A stretch of 38,456 nt of DNA from Agromyces sp. (GTDB taxonomy: Bacteria > Actinomycetota > Actinomycetes > Actinomycetales > Microbacteriaceae), in assembly GCA_036378815.1 (NCBI GenBank), contig DASUVU010000068.1, forward strand, positions 1 to 38,456. The letters are read 5' to 3'. The translations under genes and the position numbers were made by a program. The notes below the pieces were generated by a model. The model made no database searches. It worked only from the letters and a program-made list of their open reading frames with translations, and had not been told where the DNA came from. Positions 1 to 9,434 of the stretch are shown here, piece after piece; position 1 is the stretch's first letter; the number at the start of each line of letters is the position of its first letter.

Positions 1-63
1 AACGGAAGTGGGTGGTGCTGCGGCGGAGCGAGGCCGGCTCGAGCGGGGGCGGGGCCGGCGGGG

Positions 64-1578
64 TCACCCGATCGGCGGCGCCCCCTGCGGCGACGGCAGC
101 TCGACCTCGCTGACCATCTCGCCCGCGACCCGCGAGCGGCGCCGGCCGTAGAGCAGGTAGATCACGACGCCGATCGCGAGCCACACGAGGAACCGCACCC
201 ACGTGAGGGTCGTGAGGTTCAGCATGAGCCAGACGCACAGCGCGGCCGAGAGGATCGGCAGCACGGGCGACCACGGCACGCGGAACCCGCGCGGGAGGTC
301 GGGCCGCGTGCGGCGCAGCACGACGATGCCGAGGCTCACGAGCACGAAGGCCGAGAGCGTGCCGATGTTGATCATCTCCTCGAGGAGCCCCACATCGGTG
401 AACGCCGCCACGAGCGCGATCACGGTGCCGCCGATGATCTGGATGCGCGCCGGCGTCTTGGTGTGCTCGGTGGTCTTCGACAGCCAGCGCGGCAGCAGTC
501 CGTCGCGGCTGAGGGCGAACACGATGCGCGAGAGCCCGAGCAGCAGCACCATGATGACGGTCGTGAGGCCGGCGATCGCGCCGAGCGAGATGACCGCCGA
601 CGCCCAGTCCTGCCCGACGAGCCGGAAGGCCGTGGCGAGCGACGGCGTCTCCTCCGCGGCGAGCTGCGTGTACGACACCATGCCCGTCATCACGATCGAG
701 ACGAGCACGTAGAGGACCGTGACGATCGCGAGCCCGAGGAAGATGCCGCGCGGCAGGCGCTTCTGCGGCTCGCGGACCTCCTCGGCGCTCGTCGCCACGA
801 CGTCGAAGCCGATGAAGGCGAAGAACACGAGCGACGCGGCCGACAGCATGCCGAAGATGCCGTACTGCGCGGGAGCGGCGCCGGTCAGCCAGGCGAACAG
901 CGACTGCGTCCAGGCATCCGATGCCCCGCCCTCGGTCGGCACGGCCTCGGGAATGAACGGTGTGAAGTTCGCGGCGTTGATGAAGAAGAAGCCGACGACG
1001 ATCACGAAGACGACGATCAGGACCTTGATGATCGTGAACACCGCGCCCACGCGCGACGTGAGCTTCGTGCCAGCCACGAGCAGCGCCGTGAACAGCGCGA
1101 CGATGAGGAAGGCCGGCCAGCTCACCTGCAGGCCGCCGATCTCGATCGTGGCCGGGAACGGGATGCCGAAGGCGAGCAGCGCTTCGCCGAGGTAGACGCC
1201 CCAGTACTTCGCGAGCACGGCCGCGCCGGTGAACATCTCGAGGATGAGGTCCCAGCCGATGATCCAGGCGAGCAGCTCGCCCATCGTCGCGTACGTGAAC
1301 GTGTACGCGCTGCCCGCGACGGGCACCGTCGACGCGAACTCGGCGTAGCACATGATCGCGAGACCGCAGGTGATCCCCGCGAGGATGAACGAGAGGATCA
1401 CGCTCGGCCCCGCGAAGTTCGCGGCCGCCTGCGCGCCGACGGAGAAGATGCCCGCACCGACGGCGACCGCGATGCCCATGAGGGCGAGGTCCCACGTGCC
1501 GAGCGACCGCTTGAGGCTGCGTTCCCGGTCGACGGAGTCCGCCATCGAGGCCTCGACTGACTTGACTCGAAGGTTCAC
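64..1578 (-). CDS. APC-family amino acid permease (cationic amino acid transporter/YfnA-like)
   Basis: Many hydrophobic segments; GxxVGAGIF, CYAEFAS..PVAGSAY, FFAFIGFD..ATSAEE motifs. Start refined to GTG 1578 after a GGGGGAG RBS. Confidence 0.9.
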   Translation of the reverse strand: MNLRVKSVEASMADSVDRERSLKRSLGTWDLALMGIAVAVGAGIFSVGAQAAANFAGPSVILSFILAGITCGLAIMCYAEFASTVPVAGSAYTFTYATMGELLAWIIGWDLILEMFTGAAVLAKYWGVYLGEALLAFGIPFPATIEIGGLQVSWPAFLIVALFTALLVAGTKLTSRVGAVFTIIKVLIVVFVIVVGFFFINAANFTPFIPEAVPTEGGASDAWTQSLFAWLTGAAPAQYGIFGMLSAASLVFFAFIGFDVVATSAEEVREPQKRLPRGIFLGLAIVTVLYVLVSIVMTGMVSYTQLAAEETPSLATAFRLVGQDWASAVISLGAIAGLTTVIMVLLLGLSRIVFALSRDGLLPRWLSKTTEHTKTPARIQIIGGTVIALVAAFTDVGLLEEMINIGTLSAFVLVSLGIVVLRRTRPDLPRGFRVPWSPVLPILSAALCVWLMLNLTTLTWVRFLVWLAIGVVIYLLYGRRRSRVAGEMVSEVELPSPQGAPPIG

Positions 1579-1651
1579 CACTCCCCCTGCCCGCGGCACC
1601 GACCCCCGCGGCAGCCGCCGTCCCAGCGTACGCGTTTCGCAGATGTCCGAC

Positions 1652-1673
1652 CATGACGTCGTCTGACGTCATG
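1652..1673. promoter_or_regulatory. Inverted repeat CATGACGTC-N4-GACGTCATG, candidate operator between divergent promoters
   Basis: Perfect 9-bp arms; lies between a minus-strand TACGCT (1625-1630) and a plus-strand CAGCAT (1709-1714). Confidence 0.5.
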
Positions 1674-1720
1674 TTTCGCGCGCGGTCGCGCGCCACGCGG
1701 CATCCGTGCAGCATGTGGGC

Positions 1721-3118
1721 ATGCCTCGAGACCACGCCATCCGCCAGATCCGGTTCAACGCGTTCGACATGAACTGCGTCGCCCACCAGTCATCCGGACT
1801 GTGGCGCCATCCGCTCGACCAGTCGGACCGGTACACCGACCTCTCGTACTGGACCGAGCTCGCGAAGCTCCTCGAACGCGGCACGTTCGACGGCATCTTC
1901 ATCGCCGACGTGCTCGGCACCTACGACGTCTACGGAGGCAGCAACGAGGCGGCGATCCGCAACGGCGCCCAGGTGCCGGTGTCCGACCCGCTGCTGCTCG
2001 TCTCGGCCATGGCCCTCGTGACCGAGCACCTGGGCTTCGGCATCACCGCCGGCACCGCGTACGAGCACCCGTACCCGTTCGCGCGGCGCATGTCGACGCT
2101 CGACCACCTCACCAAGGGCCGCGTGGGCTGGAACGTGGTGACGGGCTACCTTCCGAGCGCGGCGCGCAACATGGGCCACGAGGACCAGCTCGAGCACGAC
2201 GACCGCTACGACCACGCCGACGAGTACCTCGAGGTCCTGTACAAGCTGTGGGAGGGCTCCTGGGAGGACGATGCGGTGCTGCGCGACCGCGAGACGGGCG
2301 TGTTCGCCGATCCGTCGAAGGTGCACGAGATCGGGCACCGGGGAACGCACTTCACGGTCCCCGGCATCCACATCTCCGAGCCGTCACCGCAGCGGTCGCC
2401 GGTCATCTACCAGGCGGGCGCGTCGCCTCGGGGCGTCGCGTTCGCGGCCGAGAACGCCGAGGCGATCTTCGTCGCGGCACCCACCAAGGAGGTGCTGCGC
2501 TCGACCGTGTCGCGGATCCGGGATGCGCTCGAGGCGGCCGGGCGCGACCGGTACTCGGCCCGCATCTACACCCTCGTGACGATCATCACCGACGAGACGC
2601 CCGAGCAGGCTCGGGCGAAGCACGCCGACTTCCTCTCGTATGCCAGCGAGGAGGGTGCGCTCGTCTTCATGAGCGGCTGGATGGGCATCGACCTGTCGAA
2701 GTACGACCTCGACGAGCCGGTCGGGAACGTCGAGTCGAACGCGATCCGCTCGGTGATCGCGAACTACGAGGAATCCGCCCGGAACGGCGAGGTCTTCACC
2801 GTGCGCGACATCGCCCGCGGCGGCGCGATCGGCGGCCTCGGGCCGACCCTCGTCGGCTCGGCCGTCGAGGTGGCCGACGAGCTGCAGGAGTGGGTCGAGT
2901 ACACCGACGTCGACGGATTCAACCTCGCCTACGCCATCACGCCCGGCACCTTCGAGGACATCGTGGAGTTCGTCATCCCCGAGCTGCGTCGCCGGGGCGC
3001 CTACCCGACCGAGTACGCCGAGGGCACCCTGCGGAACAAGCTGCACGGGCGCGGCGACCGCCTGCCCGAGGAGCACCGCGGCGCGCGCCATCGACTCGCC
3101 GGGGTGCGCGAGCGATGA
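1721..3118 (+). CDS. LLM-class flavin-dependent monooxygenase (NtaA/DszA/SnaA family)
   Basis: LLERGTFDGIFIADVLG, TLDHLTKGRVGWNVVT, LWEGSWEDDA, PVIYQAGAS, VDGFNL, VIPELRRRG motifs. ATG 1721 lies 6 nt after CAGCAT. Confidence 0.9.
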   Translation: MPRDHAIRQIRFNAFDMNCVAHQSSGLWRHPLDQSDRYTDLSYWTELAKLLERGTFDGIFIADVLGTYDVYGGSNEAAIRNGAQVPVSDPLLLVSAMALVTEHLGFGITAGTAYEHPYPFARRMSTLDHLTKGRVGWNVVTGYLPSAARNMGHEDQLEHDDRYDHADEYLEVLYKLWEGSWEDDAVLRDRETGVFADPSKVHEIGHRGTHFTVPGIHISEPSPQRSPVIYQAGASPRGVAFAAENAEAIFVAAPTKEVLRSTVSRIRDALEAAGRDRYSARIYTLVTIITDETPEQARAKHADFLSYASEEGALVFMSGWMGIDLSKYDLDEPVGNVESNAIRSVIANYEESARNGEVFTVRDIARGGAIGGLGPTLVGSAVEVADELQEWVEYTDVDGFNLAYAITPGTFEDIVEFVIPELRRRGAYPTEYAEGTLRNKLHGRGDRLPEEHRGARHRLAGVRER

Positions 3119-3642
3119 CGATGGGTGGCGCCGTCACGGCGTGGGAGACGGCGGACGCGCAGAACTTCGCGTCGCTGTTCCGCGCCCAGCCGGGCGGAGT
3201 CGCCGTGATCACCGCCGATGACGGAAGCGGGCCCGTGGCGCTCACGGCGACGAGCGTCTCATCGGTGAGCGTCGCGCCCCCCATGCTCGTGCTGTCGGCC
3301 TCGGATCGCTCATCGGCGGCACCCACGATCGTCGCAGCCGAGACGCTCGTCGTGCACTTCATCGACGTCTGCGACCTGGAGCTCGCCAAGCTCGCCGCGA
3401 CGAGCGGCGCCGACCGCTTCGGCGACCCTCGCCGGTGGTCGAGGCTGCCGACCGGCGAACCGATCTACGACTCCGTCGCCCGAAAGGTGCGAGTCCGCAC
3501 GATCGAGCGGATCCGCGCCGGGGGTGCGACCGTGCTCATCGCCCGGGCACTCGACGTGCACTCGACGATCGCACCCGACTCGCATCCGCTGGTCTACCAC
3601 GATCGCGCGTGGCGCGACCTCGGCGACAGCTACGTGATCTGA
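3115..3642 (+). CDS. Flavin reductase family protein (likely monooxygenase partner)
   Basis: ATGA overlap with upstream stop; FRAQPGGVAVIT, TATSVSSVS..PP, DRF and PLVYHDR motifs. It is the C-terminal part of track ORF 1801..3642. Confidence 0.85.
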   Translation: MTMGGAVTAWETADAQNFASLFRAQPGGVAVITADDGSGPVALTATSVSSVSVAPPMLVLSASDRSSAAPTIVAAETLVVHFIDVCDLELAKLAATSGADRFGDPRRWSRLPTGEPIYDSVARKVRVRTIERIRAGGATVLIARALDVHSTIAPDSHPLVYHDRAWRDLGDSYVI

Positions 3643-3664
3643 GCCGGCCCAGCCGAGGGCCGCC

Positions 3665-5095
3665 TCAATGGACGATGTGCATCGCCCTCGCGGCATCCGT
3701 CAGCGAGGCCGTCAGCGACGGGTAGACCGGGAACGCCTCTGCGAACTCGTCGACGGTCATCCGGTGCTCGACGGCCAGCGAGAGCGGGAGCATGAGCTCC
3801 GACGCCTTCGGCGCGACGATGACGCCGCCGATGATCGCGCCCGATCCGTTCGACGCGAACAGCTTCACGAAGCCCTCTCGAATGCCCATCATCTTGGCGC
3901 GCGGATTCGACGACAGCGGCAGTTCGTAGATCACGCCCGGGACGAGACCCTCCTCGATCTCGCGCTGCGTCCAGCCGACGGTGGCGATCTCGGGCTGCGT
4001 GAAGATGTTCGAGCTGATGTTGCGCTCGGTGGGCGGGTCGACGACGTCACCCATGGCGTGGAACACGGCCGTGCGGCCCTGCATGAAGGCGACGGAGGCG
4101 AGCGGGATGAACGTGGTGCAGTCGCCGGCGGCGTAGATGTTCGGCATCGAGGTGCGGGCCACGCGATTCACGCGGATGTGGCCGCTCTCGTTGAGCTGCA
4201 CGCCGGCCTCCTCGAGTCCGAGGTCGGCCGTGTTCGGCACCGAGCCGACCGCCATGAGGCAGTGGCTGCCGCGCACCTCGCGACCGTCGGTGAGCGTCGC
4301 GACGACCGAGTCGCCGTCGCGCACCACGGAGTCCGCGCGCGACTTCTTCAGCACCTTCATCCCGTTGCGCTTGAAGACCCGCTCGAGCACGGCTGCCGCA
4401 TCCGCGTCCTCCCCGGGCAGCACCTGGTCGCGGCTCGAGATGAGCGTGACCTTCGAGCCGAGTGCGCGGTACGCCGAGGCGAACTCCGCGCCGGTCACGC
4501 CGGACCCGACGACGATGAGGTGCTCGGGAATCTGGGGCAGGTCGTAGAGCTGCGTCCAGGTGAGGATGCGCTCGCCGTCGGGCACCGCGGTGGGCAGCAC
4601 GCGCGGCGACGCGCCGACCGAGATCACCAGCGTGTCGGCCTCGATCCGGTCGAAGTCGGTGCCGCCCTTGCCGGTCGCCACGATGATGGCGTTCGGGCCG
4701 TCGAGCCGGCCCTCACCGTGCACGAGACGGACGCCGGCGTCGAGGAGGTTCGAGCGCATGTCCTCCGACTGCTGCGCGGCGAGCCCCAGCAACCGCTTGT
4801 TCACCGCGGCGAGATTGATCGCGACGTTCGGCTTGATCGGCTTGCCTCCCTCGCCCTTGGCGTAGAACTGCACGCCGAGATCGGCCGCCTCCTTCACCGC
4901 GTTCGAGGCCTCGGCGGTGGCGATGAGCGACTTCGAGGGCACGACGTCGGTCAGCACCGCCGATCCGCCCACTCCGGCACGCTCGATGAGCGTGACGTCG
5001 GCGCCGAGCCGGGCGCCCGAGAGCGCCGCCTCGTATCCCCCGGGTCCTCCTCCGAGGACGGCGATCCGTTGCGTGCGGGCGAACTCGTAGGCCAT
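3665..5095 (-). CDS. lpdA: NAD(P)H-quinone dehydrogenase (LpdA-type flavoprotein disulfide reductase homolog)
   Basis: GGGPGG FAD motif, GSGVTGAEFA, AAGDC; lacks the redox CxxxxC and HPTxxE; lpdA/punA divergent arrangement typical of actinobacteria. Confidence 0.85.
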   Translation of the reverse strand: MAYEFARTQRIAVLGGGPGGYEAALSGARLGADVTLIERAGVGGSAVLTDVVPSKSLIATAEASNAVKEAADLGVQFYAKGEGGKPIKPNVAINLAAVNKRLLGLAAQQSEDMRSNLLDAGVRLVHGEGRLDGPNAIIVATGKGGTDFDRIEADTLVISVGASPRVLPTAVPDGERILTWTQLYDLPQIPEHLIVVGSGVTGAEFASAYRALGSKVTLISSRDQVLPGEDADAAAVLERVFKRNGMKVLKKSRADSVVRDGDSVVATLTDGREVRGSHCLMAVGSVPNTADLGLEEAGVQLNESGHIRVNRVARTSMPNIYAAGDCTTFIPLASVAFMQGRTAVFHAMGDVVDPPTERNISSNIFTQPEIATVGWTQREIEEGLVPGVIYELPLSSNPRAKMMGIREGFVKLFASNGSGAIIGGVIVAPKASELMLPLSLAVEHRMTVDEFAEAFPVYPSLTASLTDAARAMHIVH

Positions 5096-5180
5096 GCTCA
5101 CATTCTGTCGTATCGGTGCCTCGGGCCAGCACGTGAGCGGACGCCTGCGTCGACATCCGCCCCCTCATTAGAGTGGTGGG

Positions 5181-6008
5181 ATGCACGCAGCCAATCCGCT
5201 CGACGACCCCGCCGCGAATCCCTTCGAGATCGCCGCCGACGCGGCATCCGCCATCGCCGAGCTGACCGGTGTCGAGCGCCACGACATCGCGCTCACGCTG
5301 GGCAGCGGCTGGGGCCGCGCGGCCGACGTGATCGGCGAGACGACCCACACCATCGCCGCCGCCGACGTGCCCGGCTTCTCGAAGCCGGCGCTCGAGGGCC
5401 ACGTGGGCACGCTGCGCTCGATCGCCCTGCCGAACGGCAAGCGCGCCCTCGTCATCGGCGCCCGCACGCACTACTACGAGGGCCACGGCGTGCGCCGGGT
5501 CGTGCACTCGGTGCGCACGGCCGCCGCCGCGGGTGCGACCACGATGATCCTCACGAACGGCGCCGGCGGCATCCGCGAGACCTGGACGCCGGGCACGCCG
5601 GTGCTGATCCGCGATCACATCAACCTCACCGCCGACTCGCCGCTCGAGGGCGCGACGTTCGTCGACCTGACCGACCTGTACTCAGCGCGCCTGCGCGCAC
5701 TCGCGCGTTCGATCGAGCCGTCGCTCGACGAGGGCGTCTACGTGCAGTTCCGCGGTCCGCACTACGAGACACCGGCCGAGGTGCAGATGGCCAAGGCCAT
5801 CGGAGGCGACATCGTCGGGATGTCGACGGCGCTCGAGGCCATCGCTGCGCGCCAGGCGGGCATGGAGGTGCTCGGGATGTCGCTCATCACCAATCTCGCC
5901 GCGGGCATCCAGACGACGCCGCTCAGCCACGAGGAGGTCATCGAGGCGGGACGCGCCGCCGAACCGGTGATCTCCGCGCTCCTGGCCAAGATCGTGGCTG
6001 CGCTGTAG
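5181..6008 (+). CDS. punA: Purine-nucleoside phosphorylase
   Basis: LGSGWG, RTHYYEG, LTNGAGG, GPHYETPAE, VGMSTALE, TNLAAG, LSHEEV. Confidence 0.95.
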   Translation: MHAANPLDDPAANPFEIAADAASAIAELTGVERHDIALTLGSGWGRAADVIGETTHTIAAADVPGFSKPALEGHVGTLRSIALPNGKRALVIGARTHYYEGHGVRRVVHSVRTAAAAGATTMILTNGAGGIRETWTPGTPVLIRDHINLTADSPLEGATFVDLTDLYSARLRALARSIEPSLDEGVYVQFRGPHYETPAEVQMAKAIGGDIVGMSTALEAIAARQAGMEVLGMSLITNLAAGIQTTPLSHEEVIEAGRAAEPVISALLAKIVAAL

Positions 6009-6019
6009 GAGGCGGACGG

Positions 6020-7729
6020 ATGTCGCAGACGAACCCCTCCAGCGCAGATCGGCTCGCCCTCGCCGAGGCGTGGATCGCCCAGGATCCCGACCCCGAGACG
6101 CGCGCCGAACTCGCCGCGCTCGTCGAGGGCGCTCGCAGCGGCGACGACGCCGCGACCGCCGAGCTCGCCGACCGGTTCGACACGCGGCTCGCGTTCGGCA
6201 CCGCGGGCCTCCGCGGGGCCATCGCGGCCGGCCCCAACCGCATGAACCGCGTGCTCGTCGCCCAAGCCGCCGCCGGCATCGCCGCCTACCTGCTCGAGCG
6301 CGCGACCGACGGCGAGGCGCCCTCCGTGGTGATCGGGTACGACGGACGCAAGAACTCCGCCGTGTTCGCCCGCGACTCCGCCGAGGTGATGGCGGGCGCA
6401 GGACTGCGAGCGGTGCTCCTTCCCCGGCTCCTGCCGACCCCGGTGCTGGCCTTCGCCGTGCGCCACCTCGACGTGTCGGCGGGCGTCATGGTGACCGCAT
6501 CACACAACCCGCCGAACGACAACGGGTACAAGGTCTACCTCGGCGGCGACGACCGGGGTTCGCAGATCGTGGCACCCGCCGATGCCGAGATCGCCGCCCA
6601 CATCCAGCGGGTGGCCGACTCCACCGCGGTGCCCGACCTGGCCCGCGGCGAGTTCGAGACGGCCGACGAGTCCATCGTCGACGAGTACGTCCGCCGCACC
6701 GCGCTCGTGGCCGACCCACCCACGGCACAGCCCCGCGTCGTCTACACCGCCATGCACGGCGTCGGGTGGGAGACCGCGGCGCGCGTGCTCGCCGCGGCGG
6801 GATTCGACGCCCCGTCGCTCGTCGAGTCGCAGATCTCGCCCGACCCCGCGTTCCCCACGGTGGCCTTCCCGAATCCCGAGGAGCCGGGCGCGATGGACCT
6901 CGCATTCCAGCGCGCCCGCGAGGTCGGGGCGGAGCTCATCCTCGCCAACGACCCAGACGCCGACCGGCTCGCAGTGGCCATTCCCGATGCGGCGGCGCCC
7001 GAGGGCTTCCGGCGCCTGAGCGGCAACGAGGTCGGCCTCCTGCTCGGCTGGCGGAACGCTCGCCGGGTGCAGGCCGGCACCATGGGCGAACGAGGTCCCG
7101 ACGGTACGCTCGCGTGCTCGATCGTCTCGTCCCCCGGGCTCGAGGCCGTCGCCCACGCCTACAATCTCGACTTCGAGGCGACGCTCACGGGCTTCAAGTG
7201 GATCTCGCGGGCGCCCGGGCTCGTGTTCGGGTTCGAGGAGGCCCTCGGCTACCTCGTGAACCCCGACACCGTCCGTGACAAGGACGGGATCTCGGCGGCG
7301 GTGGCGTTCCTGTCGCTGGCCGCCGAGCTGAAGGCCCAGGGTCGAGCACTCGCCGACCACCTCGACGAGTTCGTCGAACGATTCGGATGCTTCGCGTCAT
7401 CCCAGATCTCGCTGCGGGTCACCGACCTGTCGCGGATCGGCGAGATCATGGCGCGGCTGCGTGCCGAGCCGCCCGCCGAGGTCGGCGGCATCCGTGTCGA
7501 GCGCATCGAGGACCTCGCCGACGGGTTCGGCGCGCTTCCGCCGTCCGACGTGCTGCGGATCGTGCTCGAGGGCGGCGGCCGGGTCATGGTCCGTCCGAGC
7601 GGGACGGAACCGAAGCTCAAGGTCTACATCGATGCGGTCGCCGATCAGGGCACGGTCGCCGAGCGGCGCGCCGCGGCATCCGCTGCCATCGCCTCGCTCG
7701 ATGCGGGCATGCGCGACCTCACCGCCTGA
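6020..7729 (+). CDS. Phospho-sugar mutase (alpha-D-phosphohexomutase family; possible phosphopentomutase)
   Basis: FGTAGLRG, TASHNP phosphoserine loop, DPDADR metal loop, GFEEALG, RPSGTEPKLKVY; AGGAGG RBS before ATG 6020. Confidence 0.92.
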   Translation: MSQTNPSSADRLALAEAWIAQDPDPETRAELAALVEGARSGDDAATAELADRFDTRLAFGTAGLRGAIAAGPNRMNRVLVAQAAAGIAAYLLERATDGEAPSVVIGYDGRKNSAVFARDSAEVMAGAGLRAVLLPRLLPTPVLAFAVRHLDVSAGVMVTASHNPPNDNGYKVYLGGDDRGSQIVAPADAEIAAHIQRVADSTAVPDLARGEFETADESIVDEYVRRTALVADPPTAQPRVVYTAMHGVGWETAARVLAAAGFDAPSLVESQISPDPAFPTVAFPNPEEPGAMDLAFQRAREVGAELILANDPDADRLAVAIPDAAAPEGFRRLSGNEVGLLLGWRNARRVQAGTMGERGPDGTLACSIVSSPGLEAVAHAYNLDFEATLTGFKWISRAPGLVFGFEEALGYLVNPDTVRDKDGISAAVAFLSLAAELKAQGRALADHLDEFVERFGCFASSQISLRVTDLSRIGEIMARLRAEPPAEVGGIRVERIEDLADGFGALPPSDVLRIVLEGGGRVMVRPSGTEPKLKVYIDAVADQGTVAERRAAASAAIASLDAGMRDLTA

Positions 7730-7749
7730 CGGCGACGTCGCCGACGCCC

Positions 7750-8226
7750 TCAGGCAGGGGACGCGTGACGATCGGTCGGCGCGCTGAGGCCCAGGATCTC
7801 GCGGATCTCGTCAGCCGACGTCGCCCGGGCGATGCGACCGACGATGCCGCCGTCGTTGAACGCATTCGCGAGCCTGGCGACGGATGCCACGTGCTCCTCG
7901 GCGTTCGAGGCGGCGAGCCCCACGACCACTCGTACCGGGTCGTTGTGGGGATGGCCGAACGGGACGGCCCTGGCGAGCGTGACGACGGCGATGCCTTCGC
8001 GACGCACGTCGACTCCGGGACGGGCGTGCGCGAGCGCGAGCCCGGGCGCGACCACGACGTAGGCGCCGAACTCCTCGATCACGGCGATCATGCGGTCGGC
8101 ATACTCCGACCGCGTCGAACCCGAGCGCATCAGCGCACGGCCGACCTCGCGGACCGCGGCGCGCCAGTCGTCGACGTGCGCACCGAGCACCACGGCAGTG
8201 TCGGCAAGGGGCGGGAGGTCGGTCAT
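7750..8226 (-). CDS. PTS EIIA component (fructose/mannitol/ascorbate-type EIIA domain)
   Basis: DWRAAV, G.YVVVAPGLALAHARP (phospho-acceptor His), VPFGHPHNDPV. Confidence 0.85.
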   Translation of the reverse strand: MTDLPPLADTAVVLGAHVDDWRAAVREVGRALMRSGSTRSEYADRMIAVIEEFGAYVVVAPGLALAHARPGVDVRREGIAVVTLARAVPFGHPHNDPVRVVVGLAASNAEEHVASVARLANAFNDGGIVGRIARATSADEIREILGLSAPTDRHASPA

Positions 8227-8278
8227 CGGGTTCCGTTCGGGGGCGGCGTCGATCGCGGCGGAATCTCGGGCGGCACGA

Positions 8279-9400
8279 TCAGGCTTCGTCGAAGCCGTCC
8301 TGGATGAGCTCGGCGAGCTCCTCCCGGTCGTCGAGCGGCAGGAAGGCGCAGGCGGCGGCGTTGAGCTGGAAGACCTCGAGATCGTCGAGATCGTAGCCGA
8401 AGGCGTCGCTCAGGAGGGCGAGCTCGCGGGTCAGGCTCGTGCCGCTCTGCAGGCGGTTGTCGGGGTTCACCGTCACGCGGAAACCGAGCTGGTAGAGCAG
8501 GTCGAAGGGGTGGTCGACGAGCTCGTCGCCCCACGCGGCGATCGCGCCCGTCTGGAGGTTCGAGGAGGGGCTCGTCTCGAGGGCGATCTCGCGGTCGCGC
8601 ACCCACTGCGCGACCGGGCCGAGCGAGACGTAGGTGTTGTCGTCGTCCTGACGCTCGATGACGAGGTCTTCGGCGACGCGGACGCCGTGCCCGAGTCGGA
8701 GGGCCCGCCCGTCGAACAACGCGCTGCGGATCGATTCGAGGCCGTCGGCCTCGCCCGCGTGCACCGTGACGGGGAGGAACTGACTCGCGAGGTAGTCGAA
8801 CGCGGTGCGGTGCCGGCCCGCCAGGAATCCCGCCTCGGGGCCCGCGAGGTCGAAGCCGACGACGCCGCGGTCGCGGTGGCGCACGGCCAGCTCGGCGATC
8901 TCGAGGCCGCGGTCGGCGTGGCGCATGGCCGTGACCAGCTGGCCGACGCGGATCGCGTGGCCCTGGTGCCGGACGTCGTCGATGCCCTCCTCGATGCCGG
9001 CCTGCACGGCCTCCACCGCCTCGTCGAGGCTGAGTCCTCGGGTGAGGTGCTGCTCGGGTGCCCAGCGGATCTCGCCGTAGATGACACCGTCGGCGCCGAG
9101 GTCCTGCACGAACTCCCGGGCGACGCGCTGCAGGCCCGCGCGCGTCTGCATGACCGACGTCGTGAGGTCGAAGGTCTTCAGGTACTCGACGAGCGAGCCC
9201 GAGTTCGACTGCGTGCCGAACCATGCCGTGAGGCCCTCGGCGTCGCTCGCCGGAACCTCGAGCGAGATCTCGTCAGCGAGTTCGATGAGCGTCTGCGGCC
9301 GGAGCCCGCCGTCGAGGTGGTCGTGCAGGGACACCTTGGGAAGTGACCGCAGGTCGGTGCCGTCGCCCTCGAGCCGGTACTCCGTGGGATTCGTGTTCAC
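8279..9400 (-). CDS. add: Adenosine deaminase
   Basis: LPKVSLHDHLDGG, GFDLAGPE, TVHAGE, RLGHG, PSSNLQT, NPDN; GTG 9400 lies 7 nt after TATCGT. Confidence 0.93.
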   Translation of the reverse strand: MNTNPTEYRLEGDGTDLRSLPKVSLHDHLDGGLRPQTLIELADEISLEVPASDAEGLTAWFGTQSNSGSLVEYLKTFDLTTSVMQTRAGLQRVAREFVQDLGADGVIYGEIRWAPEQHLTRGLSLDEAVEAVQAGIEEGIDDVRHQGHAIRVGQLVTAMRHADRGLEIAELAVRHRDRGVVGFDLAGPEAGFLAGRHRTAFDYLASQFLPVTVHAGEADGLESIRSALFDGRALRLGHGVRVAEDLVIERQDDDNTYVSLGPVAQWVRDREIALETSPSSNLQTGAIAAWGDELVDHPFDLLYQLGFRVTVNPDNRLQSGTSLTRELALLSDAFGYDLDDLEVFQLNAAACAFLPLDDREELAELIQDGFDEA

Positions 9401-9434
9401 GTGGTCCACGATAGCGGCGGCCCTCGCGATCGTC

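Noticed and set aside
1801-3114. Long N-terminal extension of the flavin reductase (613-aa ORF)
   Set aside because: Arg/Pro-rich off-frame shadow of the monooxygenase; the true start is the ATGA overlap at 3115.
3668-7729. 1353-aa ORF suggesting a giant fusion protein
   Set aside because: Only 6020..7729 is protein-like and has its own RBS; the rest is a stop-free shadow of lpdA (antisense) and punA (off-frame).
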